Shown here: one piece after another, positions 27,546 to 35,491 of the stretch
Layout of the letters: each line of letters starts with the position of its first letter
Numbering within the stretch: position 1 is the first letter of the stretch
NCBI GenBank assembly: GCA_027013865.1
Contig: JALWFW010000036.1
Coordinates: 21,819 to 58,592, forward strand
Direction of reading: 5' to 3'
DNA: 36,774 nt
From: Polyangiaceae bacterium
GTDB lineage: Bacteria; Myxococcota_A; Polyangia; HGW-17; JALWFW01
Made by a program: the position numbers and the translations under genes
Notes under the pieces: generated by a model
The model's database searches: none
What the model saw: the letters and a program-made list of their open reading frames with translations, nothing else
Told to the model about the DNA's origin: nothing

Positions 27546-29651
27546 ATGCACGTAAAGGAAAGCATACTTGTAAACGGAAAAGAACTCACCCTGGAGACTG
27601 GAAAGATTGCAAAGCAGGCTAATGGCGCAGTTATGGTGCGTTACGGTGATTCCATGGTCCTCGTGACCGTGGTGGCCTCCAAGAATGCCAGGGAAGACGT
27701 TGATTTCCTCCCACTGACAGTGGACTACATCGAGAAAACCTATGCAGCCGGACGCATACCCGGCAACTACTTCCGCCGCGAAGGACGTCTCAGTGAGTTC
27801 GAGATTCTGTCCTCCAGGCTCATAGATAGGCCCATCAGGCCGCTCTTCCCCAAGGGCTGGAACCGTGAAACACAGGTGGTGGCAACGGTGGTCTCCCATG
27901 ATCAGGAAAATCCCACAGAGGTACTGGCGCAGATAGGCGCCTCCGCGGCCCTTCACATAAGCCAGATTCCCTGGCACGGCCCAGTGGCAGGTGTGAGAAT
28001 CGGCCGTATCGAGGGTACACTGGTGGCTTATCCCACCCTGCAGCAGCTCGAACAGTCCGACATGGATATCACCGTGGTGGCGAGTCGCGATGCCATAGTA
28101 ATGGTGGAAGGCGAGCTGGACCAGGTGGGAGAGGATGAGCTAGTCGAGGCTCTTTACTTCGCCCATGAGCAAGTCCAGCCCATCATCGATATGCAGGAGA
28201 GACTGCGGGAGAAGGTGGGTAAGGATAAGCTGGAGTTCACTGAGCCACATCCGGATCCAGAGCTGGAGGAGAAGGTGGCTTCCGTCATACGCGATAGACT
28301 CTCCGAAGCCCTCACGGTCAAGGAAAAACTAAATCGTTACGCGGCGATAGACGAAGTTTTCAGTGCCCTCATGGACGAGCTGGGAGAGGAGTACGCCGAG
28401 CGCAGACGTGAGGTTCACGAGGTGTTCGACGGCCTCAAGAAAAAAATCGTGCGTGGTTGGATTCTGGAGGAAGGCCGCCGTCTGGATGGTCGCGGACTCA
28501 CCGATGTGCGACCCATAACCTGTGAGGTGAGCGTACTTCCCAGGGTTCACGGCAGTGCACTGTTCACCCGTGGCGAGACCCAGGCCCTCGTATCCACGAC
28601 TCTCGGTACCGAGCTCAACAATCAGCACATGGAGCTACTCACCGGCGAGGAGTTCCGCAACTTCATGCTCCACTACAACTTCCCGCCTTTCTCCGTGGGA
28701 GAGGTGAAACCCATGAGAGCTCCCTCTCGTCGCGAGATCGGCCACGGAAACCTCGCTCACAGGGCTCTGTCCAAGATTCTTCCCTCTTCGGACGAATTCC
28801 CATACGTCATAAGGGTGGTGTCCGAGATCACGGAATCCAACGGTTCATCATCCATGGCCACGGTATGTGGCGGCACACTTTCCCTCATGGATGCCGGCGT
28901 GCCAATCAAGGCCCCGGTGGCAGGAATAGCCATGGGACTCATCAAGGAGGGCGAAGATATTGCCATCCTCACGGACATCTTGGGTGACGAGGACCATCTG
29001 GGAGACATGGACTTCAAGGTGGCAGGCACTGCCGAAGGTATCACTGCGGTACAGATGGACATCAAGATAGAGGGTCTGCCCCGTGAAGTGATGCGCCGGG
29101 CCCTTTATCAGGCAAAGGAGGCACGCCTGCACGTCTTGTCCAGGATGCTAGAGGCCATCTCCTCTCCAAGAGAGAACTTGTCCCCTTATGCACCACGTAT
29201 ATTCACCATGAAGATCAAGACCGACAAAATCCGGGACATCATAGGCCCCGGCGGCAAGACCATTCGAGCCATCACCGAGGAGTCCGGAGCTCAGATTTCC
29301 GTGGAGAATGACGGCACCGTGACCATCGCCTCCAGTGATGAGGCTGCAGCCCAAAAAGCCATCAAACTCATAAACTCCCTGACCCGTGAACCCGAAGCCG
29401 GTGTGGTTTACGAGGGCCTGGTCAAGCGTATAGTCGATTTCGGTGCCTTCGTGGAAATCCTCCCCGGCACGGAAGGACTGCTGCACATCAGTGAGTTGGA
29501 TGAAAAACGAGTCAAGAGCGTCGAGGATGTCATCAAGGTTGGGGATCTCATTCCCGTGAAAGTTCTCAGCATAGAGCCCAACGGTAAGATGCGTCTGTCA
29601 CTCAAGGCTGCCAAAGATGTCAATCCTGATGACATAGTGAAAGAACTGTAA
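27546..29651 (+). CDS. pnp: Polyribonucleotide nucleotidyltransferase (PNPase)
   Basis: Motifs RLIDRPIRPLFP, FTRGETQ, HYNFPPFSVGE, RREIGHG, SNGSSSMA, GDMDFKVAGT; KH domain (IGPGGK) and S1 domain. Confidence 0.98.
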   Translation: MHVKESILVNGKELTLETGKIAKQANGAVMVRYGDSMVLVTVVASKNAREDVDFLPLTVDYIEKTYAAGRIPGNYFRREGRLSEFEILSSRLIDRPIRPLFPKGWNRETQVVATVVSHDQENPTEVLAQIGASAALHISQIPWHGPVAGVRIGRIEGTLVAYPTLQQLEQSDMDITVVASRDAIVMVEGELDQVGEDELVEALYFAHEQVQPIIDMQERLREKVGKDKLEFTEPHPDPELEEKVASVIRDRLSEALTVKEKLNRYAAIDEVFSALMDELGEEYAERRREVHEVFDGLKKKIVRGWILEEGRRLDGRGLTDVRPITCEVSVLPRVHGSALFTRGETQALVSTTLGTELNNQHMELLTGEEFRNFMLHYNFPPFSVGEVKPMRAPSRREIGHGNLAHRALSKILPSSDEFPYVIRVVSEITESNGSSSMATVCGGTLSLMDAGVPIKAPVAGIAMGLIKEGEDIAILTDILGDEDHLGDMDFKVAGTAEGITAVQMDIKIEGLPREVMRRALYQAKEARLHVLSRMLEAISSPRENLSPYAPRIFTMKIKTDKIRDIIGPGGKTIRAITEESGAQISVENDGTVTIASSDEAAAQKAIKLINSLTREPEAGVVYEGLVKRIVDFGAFVEILPGTEGLLHISELDEKRVKSVEDVIKVGDLIPVKVLSIEPNGKMRLSLKAAKDVNPDDIVKEL

Positions 29652-29708
29652 TCTACATTTTTTTGCTGGCGGTGCACACCATCGGGAATAAAATTCTGCG
29701 AATTGTCC

Positions 29709-29737
29709 TTGTACTGTATAAAGAGTGCGATTATAAT
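29709..29737 (+). promoter_or_regulatory. Putative sigma70 promoter of the Tex-like gene
   Basis: TTGTAC-17 nt-TATAAT. Confidence 0.6.
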
Positions 29738-29807
29738 ATCCCGACCTGAAGGACTGTGTATCCTTATCCCTAATGCTCAATCCCTTCAAAAGTTGAGGAG
29801 GTAAGTT

Positions 29808-31511
29808 GTGAATCTCCTGGAGTTCATAAAGAAGACAAGAATGGCCGATGTGAAGGTCTTTGAGATTCCTCACAAGGAAAAACTGCTCAATTTTCTCGAG
29901 GCAGGTCTGTCCCTTGCCGAAATAGCCACAAAAAACCGTGAGATAGTGGAGATGATCCCTCTGCCGCACTTAAAACGCATCGTGGATGCAAGAAGGGCGT
30001 GGCAGGAACTGGAGTCCGTACGGGCGGCCTTTCTCAAATCCCTTGAGGAGAAGGGCAAACAGCCACCGCCGGAGGACGTACTGAATATCGCTCTCACACC
30101 ACACAGGGTAGAGGCTCTGGAACGTTCCCTGGATATGTGTCCGAGGGAAGATTATGAGAACGATGCAAAGTGGCATGATGCCATAAGGGCCTATCTCGAA
30201 ATATGGACAGGAGCTCTGAATCTCACTCTCAAGCGCGGATTCGTCATGCTCGTGCCCGGCGGAACGGTGGACATCTCCCGCTATGGTGAGAAGCTGGACA
30301 TAAAGGAGCCCCTTGCGGATCTGACGCTTCACAGGTGGCAGGCACGTCGCAGAGCAGAGCGGGAGGGTGCCGGTACCATAGAATTCGAGTATCCCATATC
30401 GTCGTTCCTGACGCATATAGAGGCCAACAAGGGACGTTTGGGGCCAAAAGTGGCGGACAAGACACCGCAGGAAATCCTCGACGACTTCGTGCTTTCCCAT
30501 CTCAGGGATGCCGTGGTGCGTCACATGGACCGCAAGTCCAAGGACGATGCCCTGCACAGGGCAGCCACTATGTACACTGAGCTTCTCAAGAGTCCTCCTG
30601 TCAAGATTCCTCATCTGGGCGGTTTCTCCATAGTTCAGGATGGGGACGTGGCTGGTCTGGCCGTGGTCAGCGAGACAGGCAAGATAATAGCCCACCGCCT
30701 TTTGGATATCGAAGGAGAGTGGTGGAAGACTGCCCGCATGTTCTTCGTGCAGAACAGGGTGTCGTATGTGGCAATTCCCATGACGTCCCCACATCCCGAG
30801 CTCGTGGAAAAGTTCCGCGAGGAAGAGGGTGGATTCCTGGGGATGCTACCAGTGCGCAGCGCAGGTCTCAGTGAATCACGCAGGCCGTGGGTCAAGGAGC
30901 ATGGATTCGAGCCTCCAGTGGCATCAGCTATCGTGCTGGCACGCAGACTTTACTTCCCTTTGGATGAATGGTCGAAGCTGGAGCCCGCGATCCTGGGGTT
31001 GGTGGAGTATCAGCACGATCTGTCCGAGGAGGAGGTCAACCGCTACCTCAATGAGGCCAAGGGTCTGGTACTGCTGGATCCTACTGTTCGAAGGATCCCG
31101 CCCAGGGCACTCCCCCAACTCAGTGGAGGTGGCATAGCCGTGGGTGGCGGCAAACGCATGAATCCGTCCATAAAGTCCTTCGATGACGTGAAGGAAGGTA
31201 TGGAGGTTCGTGGTATCGTCATAAACATCACCCGTTTCGGGGCTTTCGTGAACATAGGACTTCCCCAGGAGGCTCTGCTTCACGTGAGTGAGATGAGCGA
31301 CGGATATGTAAAGGATCCCAAGGAGATACTCACCCTTGGTCAGGAAGTGCGTGCAACCGTCATCGAAGTGGATCGTGATAAGAAACGCCTGTCCCTATCC
31401 ATAAGATCCAATCCTTCCATTGGCGGTAAGAGATCAAAGGGTGAGCGTGGCCGCTATTCAGCCACCAAGAGCTCAGTGCTGCGAGATCTGGACAACCTCT
31501 TCAAGAAATGA
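29808..31511 (+). CDS. Tex-like protein (divergent YqgF-like core plus C-terminal S1 domain)
   Basis: GTG start after GAGGAGG. SAIVLARRLYFPLDEWSKLEPAILGLVEYQHDL resembles the Tex motif [32 protein letters not shown]. S1 domain GMEVRGIVINITRFGAFVNIG...LSLS. Confidence 0.8.
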   Translation: MNLLEFIKKTRMADVKVFEIPHKEKLLNFLEAGLSLAEIATKNREIVEMIPLPHLKRIVDARRAWQELESVRAAFLKSLEEKGKQPPPEDVLNIALTPHRVEALERSLDMCPREDYENDAKWHDAIRAYLEIWTGALNLTLKRGFVMLVPGGTVDISRYGEKLDIKEPLADLTLHRWQARRRAEREGAGTIEFEYPISSFLTHIEANKGRLGPKVADKTPQEILDDFVLSHLRDAVVRHMDRKSKDDALHRAATMYTELLKSPPVKIPHLGGFSIVQDGDVAGLAVVSETGKIIAHRLLDIEGEWWKTARMFFVQNRVSYVAIPMTSPHPELVEKFREEEGGFLGMLPVRSAGLSESRRPWVKEHGFEPPVASAIVLARRLYFPLDEWSKLEPAILGLVEYQHDLSEEEVNRYLNEAKGLVLLDPTVRRIPPRALPQLSGGGIAVGGGKRMNPSIKSFDDVKEGMEVRGIVINITRFGAFVNIGLPQEALLHVSEMSDGYVKDPKEILTLGQEVRATVIEVDRDKKRLSLSIRSNPSIGGKRSKGERGRYSATKSSVLRDLDNLFKK

Positions 31512-31563
31512 TTCTTCTTCCTCCCATCACATACAGATGAACCCTGTTGACATTATATCCGTA

Positions 31564-31582
31564 TAACTATCTGAAATAATTA
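31564..31582 (+). promoter_or_regulatory. Dispersed 19-bp IHF-like motif, copy
   Basis: TAACTATCTGAAATAATTA at a convergent junction. Confidence 0.55.
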
Positions 31583-31631
31583 AACTTTTTTTGAGGTAAA
31601 AGCAAGGCGGGTTAGCGCAACACGACAGCCT

Positions 31632-31958
31632 TTATGAATCTGGATTACGGTCGTTATCGGTACCGTTGTTGGTACCGTTGTTGGTACCGTTGTTGGTACC
31701 GTTGTTGGTACCGTTGTTGGTACCGTTGTTGGTACCGTTGTTGTCGCCGTTGTTGGTATCGTTGTTTGTGTTGGTACCGTTGTTTGTGTTGGTACCGTTG
31801 TTTGTGTCAGTACCGTTGTTTGTGTCAGTACCGTTGTTGGTACCATTATTTGAGTTGTTGCTGGTGTTGTTGGTCCCCTCGGCATCTACAGAAGAACCTA
31901 CCGTACATCCGGTCATGAGGGCAGCGGCCATGAGTACCATGAGTATACGCCTGAACAT
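31632..31958 (-). CDS. Small lipoprotein made mostly of NNGT repeats
   Basis: ATG 31958 with RBS AGGAGG. Signal peptide ends MTG-C. 108 aa. Confidence 0.75.
   Translation of the reverse strand: MFRRILMVLMAAALMTGCTVGSSVDAEGTNNTSNNSNNGTNNGTDTNNGTDTNNGTNTNNGTNTNNDTNNGDNNGTNNGTNNGTNNGTNNGTNNGTNNGTDNDRNPDS
31659..31850. repeat. Coding tandem repeat: 7 perfect 12-bp units (GGTACCGTTGTT, 31659-31742), two variant 12-mers, four 18-bp units (31767-31838) and one more variant 12-mer
   Basis: Read directly from the sequence. Unit lengths are multiples of 3 and encode NNGT / NNGT(D/N)T on the minus strand. Confidence 0.97.
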
Positions 31959-32019
31959 GGAATACCTCCTTGATACAGCCAAAGATAAAGGATACCTGGA
32001 GATTTACAAATTTTTCCTC

Positions 32020-32047
32020 TTGCCTTTTTTCACTGACCACCTAAATT
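32020..32047 (+). promoter_or_regulatory. Putative sigma70 promoter of the DUF503-rbfA-rpsO operon
   Basis: TTGCCT-16 nt-TAAATT with an AT-rich upstream tract. Confidence 0.4.
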
Positions 32048-32162
32048 CCTGCCCGAATCCTTGAGGACCCGTTCCTGGTCACGGAAGGGCTCCTGACAGC
32101 GGATTCGCCTCCCTGCTCCCGAGGACTCGAGTTACCGGATGCAGGAAAGTGGAGGCACGGAT

Positions 32163-32627
32163 ATGCTAGTGGTGGCCATAGCGCGCCTGGCCTTCGATAC
32201 ATCACCAGCTCGTTCTCTCAAGGAGAAGCGCAGCATTGCCCGTAAGATTCTGGGTAGGGTGAGATCGAGGTTCAGGGTTTCGGCAGCAGAAATCGAAGCG
32301 CTGGATGATCTGTCCATGTTCGTCATGGGTGTGGCAGTTGTCTCCAATGATGCCCGCTATGCTGTATCCGTCCTTGACAGGATAGTCGATTTTGCCGACG
32401 GCCTGTATCTGGCTCCACTTCTGTCACGTGAGAGGGAGGTGATGACGTTTTCCCGCTTGGAAGAACCATTTTGGGATCTTTCAGAGGGGGAAATCCTCTC
32501 ATGGGAGGAACTCAGGGCTCAGACCAAGGAGATTCCGGATGAAACGGTACCGGGTCCCAGGGAAGGCAGGAGACGTCATGTCGAGGCGCAAGAGAACGAG
32601 ACTGGACAGCATCACAAGGATTCCTGA
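32163..32627 (+). CDS. DUF503 (YlxP-like) protein with a C-terminal extension
   Basis: ATG 32163 after GGAGG. Motifs RSLKEKRS, RFRVSAAEI, GVAVVSND. Typical position before rbfA. Confidence 0.85.
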   Translation: MLVVAIARLAFDTSPARSLKEKRSIARKILGRVRSRFRVSAAEIEALDDLSMFVMGVAVVSNDARYAVSVLDRIVDFADGLYLAPLLSREREVMTFSRLEEPFWDLSEGEILSWEELRAQTKEIPDETVPGPREGRRRHVEAQENETGQHHKDS

Positions 32628-33111
32628 GGCGATCGCGGCCATAGAGGACCCCCGTGCATCGAGGCGTCGTCTGCGTATGGAGTCCGTGGTATTCAGGGCA
32701 CTTTCGGCCCTGGTGGTGGAGTTCCTAAACGATCCCGTCCTCGCATCTGTGTCCATAACGCGTGTGGTGATGAGTCCTGATTTGCGTCATGCCAAGGTTT
32801 ATTTCGCCTCTGGTGATCCGGATTTCGACGTGACGGCAGCCATGGACGAGTTCCGCAGAGCACGCGGTTATCTGCGTTCACGTCTGGCAGAAGAAATTCG
32901 CGTCAGGTACGTGCCCAAACTCCATTTTTATCCGGATCGCGGTTTGTACAACGCCTGGACCGTAGAAGAAGTGCTCCGGCAGATCCATGAACATGAGAAG
33001 GAACTGCCAGAATCCCTGCGTGAGGCACCTTCGATGCTCTCTGGGACAGGCACTGCATCCGGTGAAGTTTCCGGCGACGGCAGCGGACCGCAGAAGGGAG
33101 GAGACAGTTGA
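32578..33111 (+). CDS. rbfA: Ribosome-binding factor A
   Basis: ATG 32578 after AGGAG. Motifs DP..VSITRVVMSPDLRHAKVYF, GYLRSRLA, RYVPKLHFYPD. Confidence 0.92.
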   Translation: MSRRKRTRLDSITRIPEAIAAIEDPRASRRRLRMESVVFRALSALVVEFLNDPVLASVSITRVVMSPDLRHAKVYFASGDPDFDVTAAMDEFRRARGYLRSRLAEEIRVRYVPKLHFYPDRGLYNAWTVEEVLRQIHEHEKELPESLREAPSMLSGTGTASGEVSGDGSGPQKGGDS

Positions 33112-34091
33112 GCATGCCTACCACCCGTGAGTACGAAAAGCTCGTTCCCTATCTCAGGGGACGGGTTCTCATAACTGCCCACCGCCATCCCGATGGAGAT
33201 GCTGTTGGGTCCTCTCTTGCCATGTATCATCTGGTGCGCAGTGCTGGGGGCCAGCCCGTCGTTTATTCCTATGATCCCTACGGCGATGAGTTCGCCTTCC
33301 TGCCGGGGTCCGAAAGCGTGGTATCCGATCCCGAACTCGTGCGTCATGAGAATTGGGATGCCATTTTCGTGGTGGATGTGAGCACCTCTCATCTTCTTGG
33401 TCCCATGCCGTCATGCGAGTGTCCATGGCTGGTACTCGATCACCACTCGTCCCATGACCGTTACGGTACTGTGGAAATCGTGGATCCTTCGGCTGCCAGT
33501 GTCGGCATCCTGGTGGAGGAGCTACGTCAGACTGCCAGACTTCCGCTGACCCTGGATTTCGCCAAGTGCGTATGGACCTCCATCGTTTCGGATACTGGAG
33601 GATTCAGGTATTCGTCGACGGATCCCAGGGCCATGAAGATAGGCTCCCGCATGCTGGAAGCCGGAGTCAACGCCTGGGAAGCTGCCTCCTATCTCTATGA
33701 ATACAACACACTGGAGCGCATGAGGCTGCTTTCCCTTGCCCTAGGTACCATCAGGGTGAACGGCAAGGTGGGATCCATGTACGTGGATGAACGGATGCTT
33801 AGGGAAACCGAGACCAGCGCCCAGGATACTTCCGGTTTCGTCAACTATGTCCGCGCCATAAGGAACGTGGAAATAGCCATATTCCTGCGGCCGGATCCAG
33901 ACGATCCCTCCATCGTCCGCATATCACTGCGTTCCAAGGGGCAGTATCCGGTGGACGAGATAGGCGAGAAATTCGGTGGCGGCGGTCACCGTAATGCAGC
34001 AGGCTGCCGCTATCACGGCCCCATAGAGGAAGCACGGAGAGTACTCATGGAGACCGCTGCTGAACTGGTCCGCTCGAGGGACAGGGGGTAG
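33108..34091 (+). CDS. nrnA: DHH/DHHA1 phosphoesterase (NrnA-like oligoribonuclease/pAp phosphatase)
   Basis: Motifs HRHPDGDAVGS, LDHH, SDTGGFRYS, ISLRS, GGGGHRNAAG. Lies between rbfA and truB. Confidence 0.9.
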   Translation: MSMPTTREYEKLVPYLRGRVLITAHRHPDGDAVGSSLAMYHLVRSAGGQPVVYSYDPYGDEFAFLPGSESVVSDPELVRHENWDAIFVVDVSTSHLLGPMPSCECPWLVLDHHSSHDRYGTVEIVDPSAASVGILVEELRQTARLPLTLDFAKCVWTSIVSDTGGFRYSSTDPRAMKIGSRMLEAGVNAWEAASYLYEYNTLERMRLLSLALGTIRVNGKVGSMYVDERMLRETETSAQDTSGFVNYVRAIRNVEIAIFLRPDPDDPSIVRISLRSKGQYPVDEIGEKFGGGGHRNAAGCRYHGPIEEARRVLMETAAELVRSRDRG

Positions 34092-34094
34092 TCC

Positions 34095-35012
34095 ATGTAC
34101 GGTATTCTTCTGGTGGATAAACCCAAGGGCATGACCTCCAACAGAGTGGTTACAGCCGTGAAACGCCGTTTCGGCGTCAAGGTGGGCCATGCCGGCACAC
34201 TGGATCCGCTTGCCACCGGAGTTTTGCCTCTACTTGTGGGGGAGGCCACCAAGATAGCCTCGCATCTCCTTCATGACCGAAAGGTGTATGAGACGGTGAT
34301 GCATCTTGGTGTGGTGACCGATACCCTTGATGCCGAGGGACAGGTGACTGACAGACGCCCGGTTCCTGAGCTTACCGCTGGGGACATGAAATCTGTGCTG
34401 GATCGTTTTGTGGGAGACTCGGAGCAGATTCCTCCGGCCTTCTCTGCCATAAAGATAGATGGCAGGCGGGCTTACAGTCTGGCGCGGAGTGGACGGGAAG
34501 TGGCTATTCCCTCCCGTAAGGTAACGGTTTACTCCATGGAACTGCGTGCCATGGATCTGCCCCGAGTGACGGTACGCATGGAGGTATCCGGCGGTACCTA
34601 CGTGCGTGCCCTGGTGCGTGACATCGGCCAGGCACTTGGATGTGGTGCACACGTCGAGGAACTTCGCCGCCTGGTGCACGGGCCTTTTCGTGTGGAGCGG
34701 GCATGGAAGATGGGCGACATCATGAACATGGATCCTGAGTCTTTTGCAGGAGCGCTCCGTCCGATGTTCGCGGCCTTTCCAGACGTTCCCAAAATGATAA
34801 TAGATCGCTTCACGGCCTGGACCCTTCTTACGGGGCGTACTGCCGAGGAGACCAAGATATCCGAGGATGACCACATGGTGGTGCTCCTCGGAGACAACGG
34901 ACACGAGTTAGGGCTTGGCACCATTGGTAAAAGTGGTCTCAAGCCCCTTAAGATATTCGGAAAATTCATACAGGAATATGTAGAAGACAGGAGGAAGGAA
35001 AATGTCCAATAA
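34095..35012 (+). CDS. truB: tRNA pseudouridine(55) synthase
   Basis: Motifs [49 protein letters not shown]. Confidence 0.97.
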   Translation: MYGILLVDKPKGMTSNRVVTAVKRRFGVKVGHAGTLDPLATGVLPLLVGEATKIASHLLHDRKVYETVMHLGVVTDTLDAEGQVTDRRPVPELTAGDMKSVLDRFVGDSEQIPPAFSAIKIDGRRAYSLARSGREVAIPSRKVTVYSMELRAMDLPRVTVRMEVSGGTYVRALVRDIGQALGCGAHVEELRRLVHGPFRVERAWKMGDIMNMDPESFAGALRPMFAAFPDVPKMIIDRFTAWTLLTGRTAEETKISEDDHMVVLLGDNGHELGLGTIGKSGLKPLKIFGKFIQEYVEDRRKENVQ

Positions 35013-35277
35013 GATGGCTTCGAGCATCAAACAGCAGATCATCAAAGAGTTTGCACGTCACGAGGGTGACACCGGATCTCCAGAGGTTCAGATCGCTCTT
35101 CTGACCAAGCGCATCAAGCACCTCACCGAGCACTTCAAGACCCACAAAAAGGATCATTCCTCCAGGCGCGGACTCCTCAAGCTGGTCGGCCGTAGGCGCC
35201 GTCTCCTCGAGTACCTCAAGCGTCATGACTATGAGGGATATCGCAAACTCATCTCCGAACTGGGAATCCGTGGCTGA
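35002..35277 (+). CDS. rpsO: 30S ribosomal protein S15
   Basis: Motifs [39 protein letters not shown]. Start may be 35002 or 35014. Confidence 0.98.
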   Translation: MSNKMASSIKQQIIKEFARHEGDTGSPEVQIALLTKRIKHLTEHFKTHKKDHSSRRGLLKLVGRRRRLLEYLKRHDYEGYRKLISELGIRG

Positions 35278-35333
35278 TCAGTTACCAGATCCAACAGTTA
35301 CCAGCTCGTTGGTAGTGTAAACTACTCGGTTAA

Positions 35334-35381
35334 GTACAGAGGGGACTCGGTATGAATCCGGGGCTCCTCTGTGCCTTTTTT
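35334..35381 (+). terminator. Probable intrinsic terminator after rpsO
   Basis: Stem GTACAGAGGGG...CTCCTCTGTGC (with G-U pairs) followed by CTTTTTT. Confidence 0.7.
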
Positions 35382-35437
35382 GAGCATGTCTATTGCCTGA
35401 TATCCGGCCCCTACATTTTTTTGATTGCTTAAAAGTT

Positions 35438-35456
35438 CTTTTATTTCAGGTAGTTA
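35438..35456 (-). promoter_or_regulatory. Dispersed 19-bp IHF-like motif, copy
   Basis: TAACTACCTGAAATAAAAG at a convergent junction. Confidence 0.55.
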
Positions 35457-35491
35457 CAAGCGAACGCCAGAATGGCAGAACAATGCAGGTG

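Noticed and set aside
31659-31850. Possible CRISPR array, or plus-strand RCWY/LLVP repeat ORFs
   Set aside because: The units are directly tandem with no unique spacers and no cas genes are present. Only the minus-strand frame has an RBS and signal peptide.
32100-32155. Resemblance of TTCGCCTCCC...GGAAAG to the 3' end of the Moco RNA motif
   Set aside because: The upstream stems of that motif are not evident and the downstream genes are unrelated to Moco; kept only as an unclassified structured leader.
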